Source: Eledone cirrhosa
Lineage: Eukaryota
DNA: 64,000 nucleotides
Assembly: GCA_964016885.1 (NCBI GenBank)
Contig: OZ024748.1
Span: 42,222,001 to 42,286,000, forward strand
Direction: 5' to 3'
Numbering within the stretch: position 1 is the stretch's first letter; the number at the start of each line of letters is the position of its first letter. Made by a program: the position numbers and the translations under genes. This document shows, piece after piece, positions 38,610 to 49,360 of the stretch. The notes beneath the pieces were generated by a model that was not told the DNA's origin, did no database searches, and saw only the letters and a list, made by a program, of their open reading frames with translations.

Positions 38610-39290
38610 GTGTGGGCTGGGTGCTTTTTTGCCGTGGCACCTCCACGACCACCTTGCAGTGGGAGGGTGTGAGGGCATAGTGTCTATATGCTTCAGCTTG
38701 TACCCATGGGAGGTCGGGTACTCTGTATTACTGCGTGACGCCAGAAGTCACGGTCGTGTGTCATCGCCTTTGAGGTGTAATTGGGTAAGGTTGGCTTTTA
38801 TCACCTCATCCCAGGTCTTCTTGGGTCTCCCCACTGGCCAGAATTCTCTTACCTCTTTCTGTTCAAACTGGCCATAATTCTCTCACCTCTTTCTGTTCAA
38901 ACTAGCCATATCTGGCCAGAATTCTCTCCTCTTTCTGTTCAAACTGGCCATATCTGGCCAGAATTCTCTCACCTCTTTCTATTCAAACTGGCCAGAATTC
39001 TCTCCTCTTTCTGTTCAAACTAGCCATATCTGGCCAGAATTCTCTCACCTCTTTCTATTCAAACTGGCCAGAATTCTCTCACCTCTTTCTGTTCAAACTG
39101 GCTGTAACTGGCCAAAATTCTCTCACCTCTTTCTGTTCAAACTGGCCATATCTGGCCAGAACTCTATCACTTCTTTCTGTTCAAACTAGTTGTATCTGGC
39201 CAGAATTCTTTCTGTTCAAACTAGTTGTATCTGGCCAGAATTCTCTCACCTCTTTCTGTTCAAACCGGTTGTAACCAGCCACTAATACTG
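38610..39290. repeat. RTE 3' fragment (- strand) fused to a MITE-derived minisatellite
   Basis: Reverse complement reads GRPKKTWDEVIKANLTQLHL; then ctggccagaattctctcacctctttctgttcaaa repeats. Confidence 0.75.
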
Positions 39291-39370
39291 ATGTTAAGGT
39301 ATTGTTCTCAACATAAATATCATCAAAATTGCAATAGTATATATAAAGGGTTAATAGTATATATCAAGAG

Positions 39371-39657
39371 TTAATCCTTTAGCATTTAAACTGGCTGTAT
39401 CTAGCCAGAATTCTCTCACCTCTTTCTATGCAAACTGGCTGTAACTGTCTGCTCATACTGATGTTAAGGTAGTGTTTTCAAAATAAATAATACTAAAATC
39501 TCAGATTCAATGTTATGTGAGGTAAAACCTTTACTGTGAAAATACAATAGCATATATAGAGTAATGTAAATGTTATGTGAGGTATTTATGTGAGGTAGAG
39601 CCTTTACTGTGAAAATACAATAGCATATATAGAGTAATGTAAATACTAAAGGGTTAA
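39371..39657. mobile_element. piggyBac-like MITE
   Basis: ttaa-tcctttagcattta ... taaatactaaaggg-ttaa. Confidence 0.7.
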
Positions 39658-39762
39658 AAGACAGCAAAAAACGTTGCCATCAGGCACCTCAAGGAATTAA
39701 ACCTCATATCTCCTAGACACTGGCTTCTCTACACATGAACATATCATCTTTTAGATTTATTA

Positions 39763-40403
39763 TTAGCTAGCAGTAAAGCTCGGGGTCGCTCAGTAGCTGT
39801 GTTAAAGTTACAATGTTAAGTTTCTTTTTTGGCTTAAAGTCTGTCTGCACGCCTAACGAAATTTACAGATACATATATTTTAAATAAACTTATATAATTT
39901 TTGCTTTTTTTTACGAAATATTTGCTTGTTTTATGTAGTCTTTAAATAGACTTGTTTTCAAGTAAAAATATTGTTTTAAAAGGCTTTTAAATGGAAATGA
40001 AGCAAAACGGAAGCTTAGTGTTCGAACTGATGAATTTTGCAGGTCAAAATTTTGCTGGCTCGACAACTGTTCGTGTATTGTGTTAATGTCATTTTAAACG
40101 CTGAGAAAGCCAGCGTAATTTTTTTAATTTTTGCACGCAGAAAATGTAAACAGAACGTAAGACGCTCAATGTAAACAGAACAAAGGGAAATAACTCGTCA
40201 CTTACGCTCAAAAATCGATACATTAGATTCGATTTCGTCACATAGGGTGGGTCAATTTGAAATATATTTTTCCGATGTCTTCGCTAGGGCTCAATGTACA
40301 AGTATAGCAATTTCGGTGCAATTCCGTCAGAGATTCTAAGAGGAGATGTGTGCCAAAAATCGATAGACAGACAGACAACCACAGCTTTATATATATAGAT
40401 AGA
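39763..40403 (-). mobile_element. Non-autonomous Helitron-like element
   Basis: On the - strand it starts TCTATCTATATATATAAAG followed by (GTCT)n, and ends with a GC-rich imperfect palindrome then CTAG/CTAA. Confidence 0.65.
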
Positions 40404-40514
40404 TTATACAGAAATCTCTTGGTCACCACATCCTTCTAAGATTTTAACAGGAGCCATCTTTTCTTCTGTCAGTTTTTGTTTTATCCATTCAAGGGATGTA
40501 TCAATATTATTTAT
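40404..40514 (-). CDS. TRPM-family channel, probable terminal coding exon
   Basis: tactttcag|ATA; INNIDTSLEWIKQKLTEEKMAPVKILEGCGDQEISV then TAA; phase 0 fits. Confidence 0.7.
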   Translation of the reverse strand: MNNIDTSLEWIKQKLTEEKMAPVKILEGCGDQEISV

Positions 40515-40610
40515 CTGAAAGTAAACAGTAGTATGTTATTTAGTATCTAGTGTACATGTGTTGGCAAATTTATGTTTAGTATACATGTGAGAAAATATTT
40601 ATGAATATAT

Positions 40611-40797
40611 AATTGTTTCTACTTTAGGCACAAGGCCAGCAATTACCCAGTACATTACTGGTACTTTATTTTATCGACCCCGTAAGGATGAAAGGCAAAG
40701 TTAACCTTGGCGGGATTTGAACTCAGACTGTAAAGGGATGTAACTGTGCTAGAAAGCATGGCGTCCAACCCTCTACCGATACTGCCAATTTACGCCG
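40611..40797 (-). mobile_element. SINE family A
   Basis: Full-length copy in the last TRPM intron. Confidence 0.8.
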
Positions 40798-40873
40798 TTA
40801 TTTATGAATATATAATGACTGGATATAATTAATGGAAGATTTTATGCTAAATTAAATTTAATAAATTACAAAC

Positions 40874-41030
40874 CTTTTTTTCAATATTTTGTAGTTTCTG
40901 TCTTGAAATACTGACATCTTTAGAAATGTCCATTGTAGGTTTTGGGGAGGAAATTTTCTGTGAATTTTCATTTTTAGAATATTGCATTTGGTGTTGTAAT
41001 TCTTCTAGTTTCAATGTTAACTGATCAATT
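40874..41030 (-). CDS. TRPM-family channel exon (coiled coil)
   Basis: ttgtag|A ... AAG|gtttgt; IDQLTLKLEELQHQMQ...QKLQNIEKK. Confidence 0.8.
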
Positions 41031-41167
41031 CTACAATGGTAAAAATAAATCTCTGAAGAAGGGATTTTTAAGTCCCAAAATATTAGGACAAAAGAAAAGA
41101 CAATAATAATAAATATCAGGAAACACAAACTTTGTCATTTCCTTCATTTCACATTGTTGTAGCCTTC

Positions 41168-41447
41168 TTAACCCTTTAGCATTTAAACTGGTTGTATCTG
41201 ACCAGAATTCTCTCACCTCTTTCTGTTCAAACCAGCCATAACTAGCTGCTCATATTTATGTTAAGGTATTGTTCTCAAACTATATCATATCAAAATCTTG
41301 TAGCTTTGATATTATGTGAGATAAAGCCTTTAACAAGAAAATACAATAGTATAAATAGAGTATGTAAATGTGTATGTGAGATATTATATGAGGTAAAGCC
41401 TTTAACAAGAAAATACAATAGTATATATAGAATAATGTAAATGTTAA
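41168..41447. mobile_element. piggyBac-like MITE
   Basis: ttaaccctttagcatttaaactgg start; same body as 39371-39657. Confidence 0.65.
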
Positions 41448-42051
41448 ACGTATCATTTTCAACATTATATACAAGGATTACTATATTTGTTGAAACAAGT
41501 ACTAGACTTTCAAAAATAAATACTAGAGTTGACATGAGTGAGTGAATTTCTTCAAGGAGTTCATTCCCTTTATGGCCACAGTCGAGAAACTGAAACCAGT
41601 ATAAGAATAAATTCTGGAACTTTACCAGAGACAAAATTATCAACTATAAATATGGGCATGTCACCAAGTAAGGGCACTATAAGGCATTGTCCACCAGGGC
41701 TCTTAATTTTTAATGGTGCACCTTCATATTTAGTGGTAAGAAATGCTCAGGAGAGCTAGACAGCAGAAGGTCTTCAAAGATGAAGCCCCCCCCCCCCCCC
41801 CTCACTCCCTCCCCACGAACCCCCACTCAAGCAAGTGTTTCAGCCCTTCAGGAATTAAGGACCAAAACACTTGCTTGAGGTGGATGGGGAGGGATTTCTT
41901 CTCTGAAGACCTTCCGCTGTCCAGCTCTCAGACTTAGAAAATAGAGTTTATAAAGAAACATCCTAAAATAGATCCTTTTAATTACAGTGCTCACCTGAAA
42001 TATTGTGAAACCTAGCAAAGCCAGGTGACACAACCAGGTATATATACCTAC

Positions 42052-42184
42052 CTATTTGAAGATGATACCACTTTCTCATACATGCTATTGCTGTCAATTT
42101 TCTCTTTCTTTGATAAATAGCAGTCAGCCATTTCATCCTCCCAGTGAATTAAACGTTTCTCCTCATTAAAGTCAAATTTTTTTC
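42052..42184 (-). CDS. TRPM-family channel exon (rib helix)
   Basis: ttccacag|GA ... AG|gtaggt; RKKFDFNEEKRLIHWEDEMADCYLSKKEKIDSNSMYEKVVSSSNR. Confidence 0.85.
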
Positions 42185-42310
42185 CTGTGGAAGAAAAAAT
42201 ATATTGAAAATTATATTATAAAGTCAAAATTAGAATTTGGTTTTTTGTTCTAAAATAGCAGATACGTAAATGTATTCAGGAGTTTTATATTGAATACTAC
42301 AACTAATAAT

Positions 42311-42499
42311 AATTGCTTCTACTTTTGGCACAAGGCCAGCAATTACCCCAGGGCATTACTGGTGCTTTATTTTATCGACCACGTAAGGATGAAAGGCAAA
42401 GTTAACCTCGGTGGGATTTGAACTCAGAATGTCAGAATGTCAACTAAATATGCAAAGCATGTTGTTCGGCACTCTCCCTATTCTGCCAATCCACCGCCC
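42311..42499 (-). mobile_element. SINE family A
   Basis: Match to other copies. Confidence 0.8.
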
Positions 42500-42919
42500 T
42501 AAAAATAAATAATATTTGACTCTTTGCAGGCAAACAGCCGCATTACGCTGTGTTTTTTAGTTGACCATCATCATCCTTTTGTTCTAGTGGTGATACAGGG
42601 TGACAGAAAGAGACACACAATGTTGACAAAGAGCAATAACCCAGAAACAACATTGTCAATTGCTCCTCTGTGTCAACTCTAGATAAAAGTAGGTAATACC
42701 TTTAAGATAATGTTACACTACCAAGGACTCACTGGAGCAACGTCAAATAAAGTGTCTTGCTGAAGGACACAACACATCACCTGGTCTGGGAATCGAACTC
42801 ACAACTTCACAATTGCAAGTCCAGTGCTCTAACCACTAAGCCAAGTTAGGTATTACTGCTCTAGTAATATGTGGAGTTGAAAAACACCCACCCTACCATA
42901 CAACAACTGTGGCAACAGG

Positions 42920-43139
42920 TTAACCCTTTAATGACCACTTTTCTAATGAAATACACTCTATTTTGATTAATTAATTAATAATTTTGAAGGATTTATTAAA
43001 ATTATTAATTATTTCATTAGTAAAATAGTAATTTAACATAAGGTTCTTATATAAAATTATGTTGGAAGCTTTTAATTTAAATTGGAAACCTTTAAAATGG
43101 GTGACTTTATTTTATAGAACCAGAGCTGGCTTTGTCTAG
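42920..43139. mobile_element. piggyBac-like MITE, second family
   Basis: ttaa-ccctttt ... aaaggg-ttaa. Confidence 0.7.
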
Positions 43140-43211
43140 GTTGGTAACTAAAGGGTTAAAGACAAAAATAACAACAAAAACAACAACAAAAAAACAAAAA
43201 ATGCTACTTGC

Positions 43212-43402
43212 TGAAGCCAGACTTTCTGTGGTATGGTAGATTAAATTTTTTTTTGAATAGATACTGACAAAGGAGATAGATGTTATTGAAGATAATGAGT
43301 GGAGGTGGCAAAGGAGGTCGTGTGTAATACTCAAAAATGAGGCTATATCTTTGGAAATGCCAGTGAAGATCAGTATTTTCCTGTACATTCTGGAAGGTGT
43401 AA
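43212..43402 (-). CDS. TRPM-family channel exon (TRP box)
   Basis: [37 protein letters not shown]...HRKSGF; the frame-compatible donor is GC (A|gcaagt). Confidence 0.88.
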
Positions 43403-43447
43403 CTGTTTGAATATATATATACAAGTATAAATTAAACATACACACAA

Positions 43448-43488
<41 letters not shown>

Positions 43489-43960
43489 AAAGGCAGACAA
43501 AAATAACAAAGCAAATGATAAAGTACAATGAAGAAATATATTATCAGTTTTATGCTTGATATTGTAGGAAAATAGTCTTAATGTTTCGGACGTTAGTCCT
43601 TCATCAGAAAATAGAATGAGGAATTAAAGAAAAAATAAAAAGGTTGAGGAGACGGCCAGGGCAGAAACATAAACCAATTTTTTAGAGAAAAATAACAGGT
43701 TCATTTATGTTACCATCTCTAGGAAATACATATATATCCATATATATATATATTATATTATATATATATAATATATATGCAACTCAGCACCAGTGACGTT
43801 GCAACTCATTTCTATAGCTGAGTAAATTGGAGCAATGTGAAATAAAGTGTCTTGCTCAAGGACACAACACATCACCCAGTCTGGGAATCAAAGTCACAAC
43901 CTCTCACTTGCAAGCCACTATCCCATGTGCCTTCATGACTTAACAGTAATAATATTTGTT

Positions 43961-44167
43961 TTAACCCTTTACCATGTACATTCCTCTATTGTATTTTCTT
44001 GGTAAACACTTTATTTCACTTTATATCGCATCTACGAGATTTTGATATTATCTATTTTGAGAACAATACCTTAACATAAGTATGAGTGGCCGGTTACAGC
44101 TGGTTTGAACAGGAAGAGCTGAGAGAATTCTGGCCTGATACGGCCAGTTTAAATGCTAAAGGGTTAA
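43961..44167. mobile_element. piggyBac-like MITE
   Basis: ttaa-cccttt ... tgctaaaggg-ttaa. Confidence 0.72.
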
Positions 44168-44466
44168 ACAATGTAGTCCTTTATAGACTTTGTTTGAATA
44201 AAAGATAATGTTTTTTATCATAGATCAGCTTGATGTCAGGGCTGACCTGAGGCCCAGAAACACCAACTACAACAACAACAATAGCAACAATCTATATTCT
44301 GGCAACAATTATGTGAAAATTAGTGAGATATAATTAGAAACTAATCAATTGCACAGTGAGAGAATTGTGGCCGAATACGGCTGGTTTAAATGCTAAAGGG
44401 TTAAATGACTTAACAGTAATAAAACGTAAAAGAAATTCACTCCCATGTAAACAGGAAGATTCTTAC

Positions 44467-44599
44467 CTGAACATAGCAATAAGTAGATTAAGAAGCAAAA
44501 TATTTGTTAATAGAATATATAAACCCAACAAAACTGGAACAATATAGGAACCAATCTTTGAGGGACATCTGTGTGTGGTTTTATTACAATTGGGAGTAC
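44467..44599 (-). CDS. TRPM-family channel exon (outer pore and S6)
   Basis: STPNCNKTTHRCPSKIGSYIVPVLLGLYILLTNILLLNLLIAMFS; tttcag and gtaaga boundaries. Confidence 0.93.
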
Positions 44600-44741
44600 C
44601 TGAAATTAAAAATATATACAAATAAATGAAGGTAAAACACCTTCTTTCACTCTTTATTTGTCTATTTCACATTGTCGTGGCTTTCAAACTTCAAACAATC
44701 AAATATTTCAGCAATTATAATAATCTATTAGAAACCATTTA

Positions 44742-45145
44742 TGGCCCTTTACAGTCTGAGTTCAAATCCCGTTAAGGTTAACTTTGCCTTTCATTCTTAC
44801 GGGGTCGATAACATAAAGTACCAGTAATGCACTGGATAATTGCTGGCCTTGTGCCAAAAGTAGAAACAATTATTATTATTATTATGGCGGTGGATTGGCA
44901 GTATCGGTAGAGGATCGGACACCATGCTTTGACGCATAGAGTTACGGCCCTTGCCATTCTGAGTTCAAATCGCGCCGAGGTTAACTTTGCCTTTCATCCT
45001 TACGGGGTCGATAAAATAAAGTACCAGTAATGCAATGGGTGGTGTCAAAAGTAGAAACAATTATTATCATTATTAGGGCGGTGGATTGGCAGATTCGGTA
45101 GAGAGAGCATCGGACAATATGCTTCACGACATAGAGTTACGATTC
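44742..45145 (+). mobile_element. Tandem cluster of SINE family A copies
   Basis: 3' half, full copy and 5' half in series. Confidence 0.8.
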
Positions 45146-45373
45146 CCTCTTTCATAATCAGCCTATGAACTTTTCAGCCCTCAGTTGAAGTTAATGCATG
45201 CAAGATTTCACAGCTCTAACATCACTTCTTCATAATCAGTCTATGAACTATGTTACACAAAAACACTTCAAACAGAAAATATATGTTTTTAAAATGAAAG
45301 AGAAAGAAAGTTTTGCTTAGAAATGGTAGATTGAATTGAAACGAGGAATATGAAATATTTGAAATTTATTTAC

Positions 45374-45548
45374 TTTCATATTCTTCCAGAAATAGTTCAC
45401 CATACATCTGGAAATATGCTTTTTTGAATACTCCTTTAAACAGGTCATAAGACATTGGTGTACTTGGGAAGAGGATTGCCTGAGAAGCTATACCATACGC
45501 TACCATGAACACTAACAGAATCACAAAAAAATATCCAAGGTCTCGCAT
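45374..45548 (-). CDS. TRPM-family channel exon (S5 and pore helix)
   Basis: MRDLGYFFVILLVFMVAYGIASQAILFP...YFQMYGELFLEEYE. Confidence 0.93.
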
Positions 45549-46412
45549 CTGAAGATAAATAATTTATTGTCAAACAGAGAGAATCAAGCCTTTATTATGT
45601 CAATATAATTGATACATATCAAAATTGATTTATTATTGATACATAATTGATATATTATAATATTGATTACTAGTTGGTATAGTAAGCCACATCGGACACT
45701 GGAATAGTTCCTTTATTTTCCTCGGGAGAAGAGATATTAATCTCGAAATATCAGGACATGTAAATAAATTAAGGTAAAAAAACACTCCTGTTTCTTACGA
45801 TTTAATTATTTTCTGTCGAAACCTGCATTGTCGTGGCTTTCAAACTTCAAACTCATTATATAATGCTTTCCTCCTCATCATCATCATCGTTTAATATTCA
45901 TCTTCCATGCTAGCATGGATAGGACTTTGTGGTATTCATTCTGGCTTTCTGCACTCCGAGTTTAAAACCCGTCGAGGTCAACTTCATATTTCATCCTTTT
46001 GACGTTGATAAAAATGTTTTGGTCTAAGTGCCCCACCCTAGATCTACCTTTCCAATCCCCACCCACCTCTCCCTCCCACTCTAGCCCTCAGTCCACACTG
46101 TAAAGTGGTTGTTTTGGTGTCACAACAAAAAGTACCCAGTCCACACTATAAAGTGATCGTTTTGGTGTCACAACAAAATGCACCCAGTGCACTCTGTAAA
46201 TGTGGTTGGCCTTAGGAAGGGCATCAAGCCACAGAAACCAAGCCAGAACTAGTTCTTAGTAAGACAGACTTATCTGATTAAGATTGTCTCATAATGGAAT
46301 AACTTGTTTAACCCATGCTAGAGTGGGAAAATGATGATGATGATGATGATTTTTATTAAAAAGAAACTGTTCTACAGCTCTTAACCAATATACTGATAAA
46401 GCTACAACTTAC

Positions 46413-46658
46413 CATTTTTTTAATCATCACAAGCTTTGGACCAAGTTCTTGGTGAATGGAAAACATATGAAGAAGACGGAAGTAAAAGGAAATTAGATTA
46501 AAACTTAGCACGACTCTGGCAGCATCAGCTAAACCCGCATAGCGAAGAATGGTTCCAATAACAAACAAGGTGATTGTTATCACATCAACTATGTTCCAGG
46601 TGTCGGAGATGTAATTGACAAATTTTTTCCAAAGTGTCGGAGAACTTTTTGTTAACAT
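46413..46658 (-). CDS. TRPM-family channel exon (S3-S4 and S4-S5 linker)
   Basis: MLTKSSPTLWKKFVNYISDTWNIVD...FRLLHMFSIHQELGPKLVMIKKM; ag and gtaagt boundaries. Confidence 0.93.
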
Positions 46659-47032
46659 CTGAAATATATGTATTATATAGATGTATAGGGTGTATATATT
46701 ACATATATATATATCATTTCCAAGGGTCTGGGTGAATATTTCATTTATTTTGTTTGACCCGTTTAGCTTGCCTCGTTTTTTTGGCTTAGGTGGTTGATAG
46801 CTTCTTAACCACCGTCTCAGTTTGTATGACCTTTATAACCTATCTTTATTGCTCTGGTCTCTTTTGGTCCATGGAGCGTTTGCCAGCATGACTCAGATAT
46901 TGCGTTTCGCTTATATCTACCCGCCGAAATACGATTCTCGCTGAATTTATATTTGTATATATATATTATATATTATATATATATATATTATATATATATA
47001 ATATATATATTATATATATATTATATATATAT

Positions 47033-47097
<65 letters not shown>

Positions 47098-47101
<4 letters not shown>

Positions 47102-47211
47102 AACCAGTAAGACCCCCGACGGCTGAGCTCAAGCCGTTTCGACGGCTAATTCTCTGAGAATTAGCCGTCGAAACGGCTTGAGCTCAGCCGTCGGGGTCTT
47201 ACTGGTTCCTA
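47098..47211. repeat. Near-perfect palindrome (~56 bp arms, 1 nt centre)
   Basis: ggaaccagtaagacccccgacgg...aattctc-t-gagaatt...ccgtcggggtcttactggttcc. Confidence 0.95.
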
Positions 47212-47288
47212 TTACCCACTCTACTACCCTAAATATTGAGTACTTTGGTGCGTTATGGTCCACCTGGTTCCTTACCACATTTCCTTCG

Positions 47289-47333
<45 letters not shown>

Positions 47334-47789
47334 TTAACAAATAGTTAAATGCAGTCCACTTAGGTGAAGTCCAGTTATGGTATTCCAGGTAGTGGATGAT
47401 ATTAACGCTTGGCTTGGTTTGACTCAACAAGGCGTTTTCATAGTGATGCTGCGGGTATGTGATGCTGCGGGTATGCCGTAATGCCTATAATCAGGGTCTC
47501 CTTAAATAATTTATTGATAGCATTGTTGTAATTGTTGTTATTGTTCTAATTGAATGCCATTACTACTCCATATAGTAGCCTGTATTTTCTTTTCTTTTCT
47601 TGCCTGTGTATTTTCTTCATTCTCGCATGCTCCGAAGATCTGACTGGTCATAATTCTGTATTGGCGATCGAGTGACGCAAAATTAAGCGAATAGCGATCT
47701 CTAGACATACCAGTTCAGTGAAACAAATGTAAGCTATGTGATTAAAAACTTTTTTGTATAGCAAACCATGTAAACCTTCTTTCCTGATT

Positions 47790-47825
<36 letters not shown>

Positions 47826-48142
47826 ATATATATATATAAATTATCGAGAATCGTATTTCAGCCTATGAAATAACGAAAAACAACCTCCGAGATGTGTGGC
47901 AAGCGCTCAATGATTCAGATGAACCAGAGCTTCAACATACGTTAAAGGCCAAACACACTGAGACGATGGTTAAACAATCATCCGCACAGCCAAAAAAACG
48001 ACCAAGTAATTCGGGTCAAACAAATAAAAATATATGTGATATATATATTATATATATGTAGAGGTTATATTTAATTTGTTGGGATACAACAAGCAAAATA
48101 TTTTTATAACTGATATAAAGCACTCAACACATTATTGGAGTA

Positions 48143-48469
48143 AATATACAATATATTAACAAATGGAAACTATATTTATAAAACCATATTTATTTCATTA
48201 TACATATTTCAAGGGCCACCAAGGCAAACTATGGTGCACTTTCATCAGATAAAATATAATATAGGTTAATTTTATAAATAAATATTGAATGGTTACATTT
48301 TTTCAGGGTATGTCAATATATATTTATTTATTTATTTATAAAACTTACCTATATTATATTTTATCTGATGAAAGTGCACCATAGTTTGCCTTGGTGGCCC
48401 TTGAAATATGTATAATGAAATAAATATTGTTTTATAAATATAGTTTCCATTTGTTAATATATTGTATAT
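48143..48469. repeat. Inverted repeat (~120 bp arms, ~80 bp spacer)
   Basis: 48143-48265 is the reverse complement of 48347-48469. Confidence 0.92.
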
Positions 48470-48715
48470 ATTATATATATATTATATATTATATATATTA
48501 TATATTATATATATATATATATTATCTATTATATATTATATATATATTATATTTACCTTTCATCCTTACGGGGTCGATAAAATAAAGTACCAGTAATACA
48601 CTGGGATAATTGCTGGCCTTGTGCCAAAAGTAGAAACAATTATCTATATATATATTATATATATATATTATATATATATATATATTATATATATTATATA
48701 TATATATATATTAGT

Positions 48716-48850
48716 GAAGGCGTGTGGCTGAGTGGTTAGAGAATTGTATTCGCAATCGTAAGGTTGTGAGTTCGATTCCTGGACCAGGCGGTGCGTTATG
48801 TCCTTGAACAAGACACTTTATTTCACGTTGCTCCTTCTACCTGGAGTTGC
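48716..48850 (+). mobile_element. SINE family B, 5' part
   Basis: tRNA-like head and CORE-like body. Confidence 0.7.
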
Positions 48851-48953
48851 GACCGATAGATAGTATTAGCAATTGGAAAGACCAACGGAAACATTGTTCC
48901 CTCGGTCCGATTTGACAAAAAAGTCGATCGTTCCTTTATATATATATATTATA

Positions 48954-48999
<46 letters not shown>

Positions 49000-49072
49000 A
49001 TATATATATATATATTATATATATATATATATTATATATATTATATATATTATATATATCATATATATATAT

Positions 49073-49360
49073 AAGGCCAGATGGCATGACCATCTTCCCG
49101 TTCCACGGTGGCAAACCGCTCGTCTGGGATGCCACTTGCACCAACACTTTCTGCAGCCGCAACCTGGTGCAGTCTGCGACTGACCCAGGTTCTGCTGCAC
49201 GTCGGGCTAGGGGGCCAAACTCCTCAAATACTGGTCGCTCTCCAACAGGTTTGCAGTTGTACCCCTGGCAGTGGAGACTTCTGGTGTCCTCGGCCCCAGG
49301 GCTACCTCCTTACTCACCACCATAGGCGCTGAGCTGGCCAGCCACAGGAGTGAGCCCCGT
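49073..49360 (+). mobile_element. Fragment of an RLE-type (CRE-like) non-LTR retrotransposon
   Basis: RPDGMTIFPFHGGKPLVWDATCTNTF and, after a frameshift, PLAVETSG; restriction-like endonuclease motif. Confidence 0.75.
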
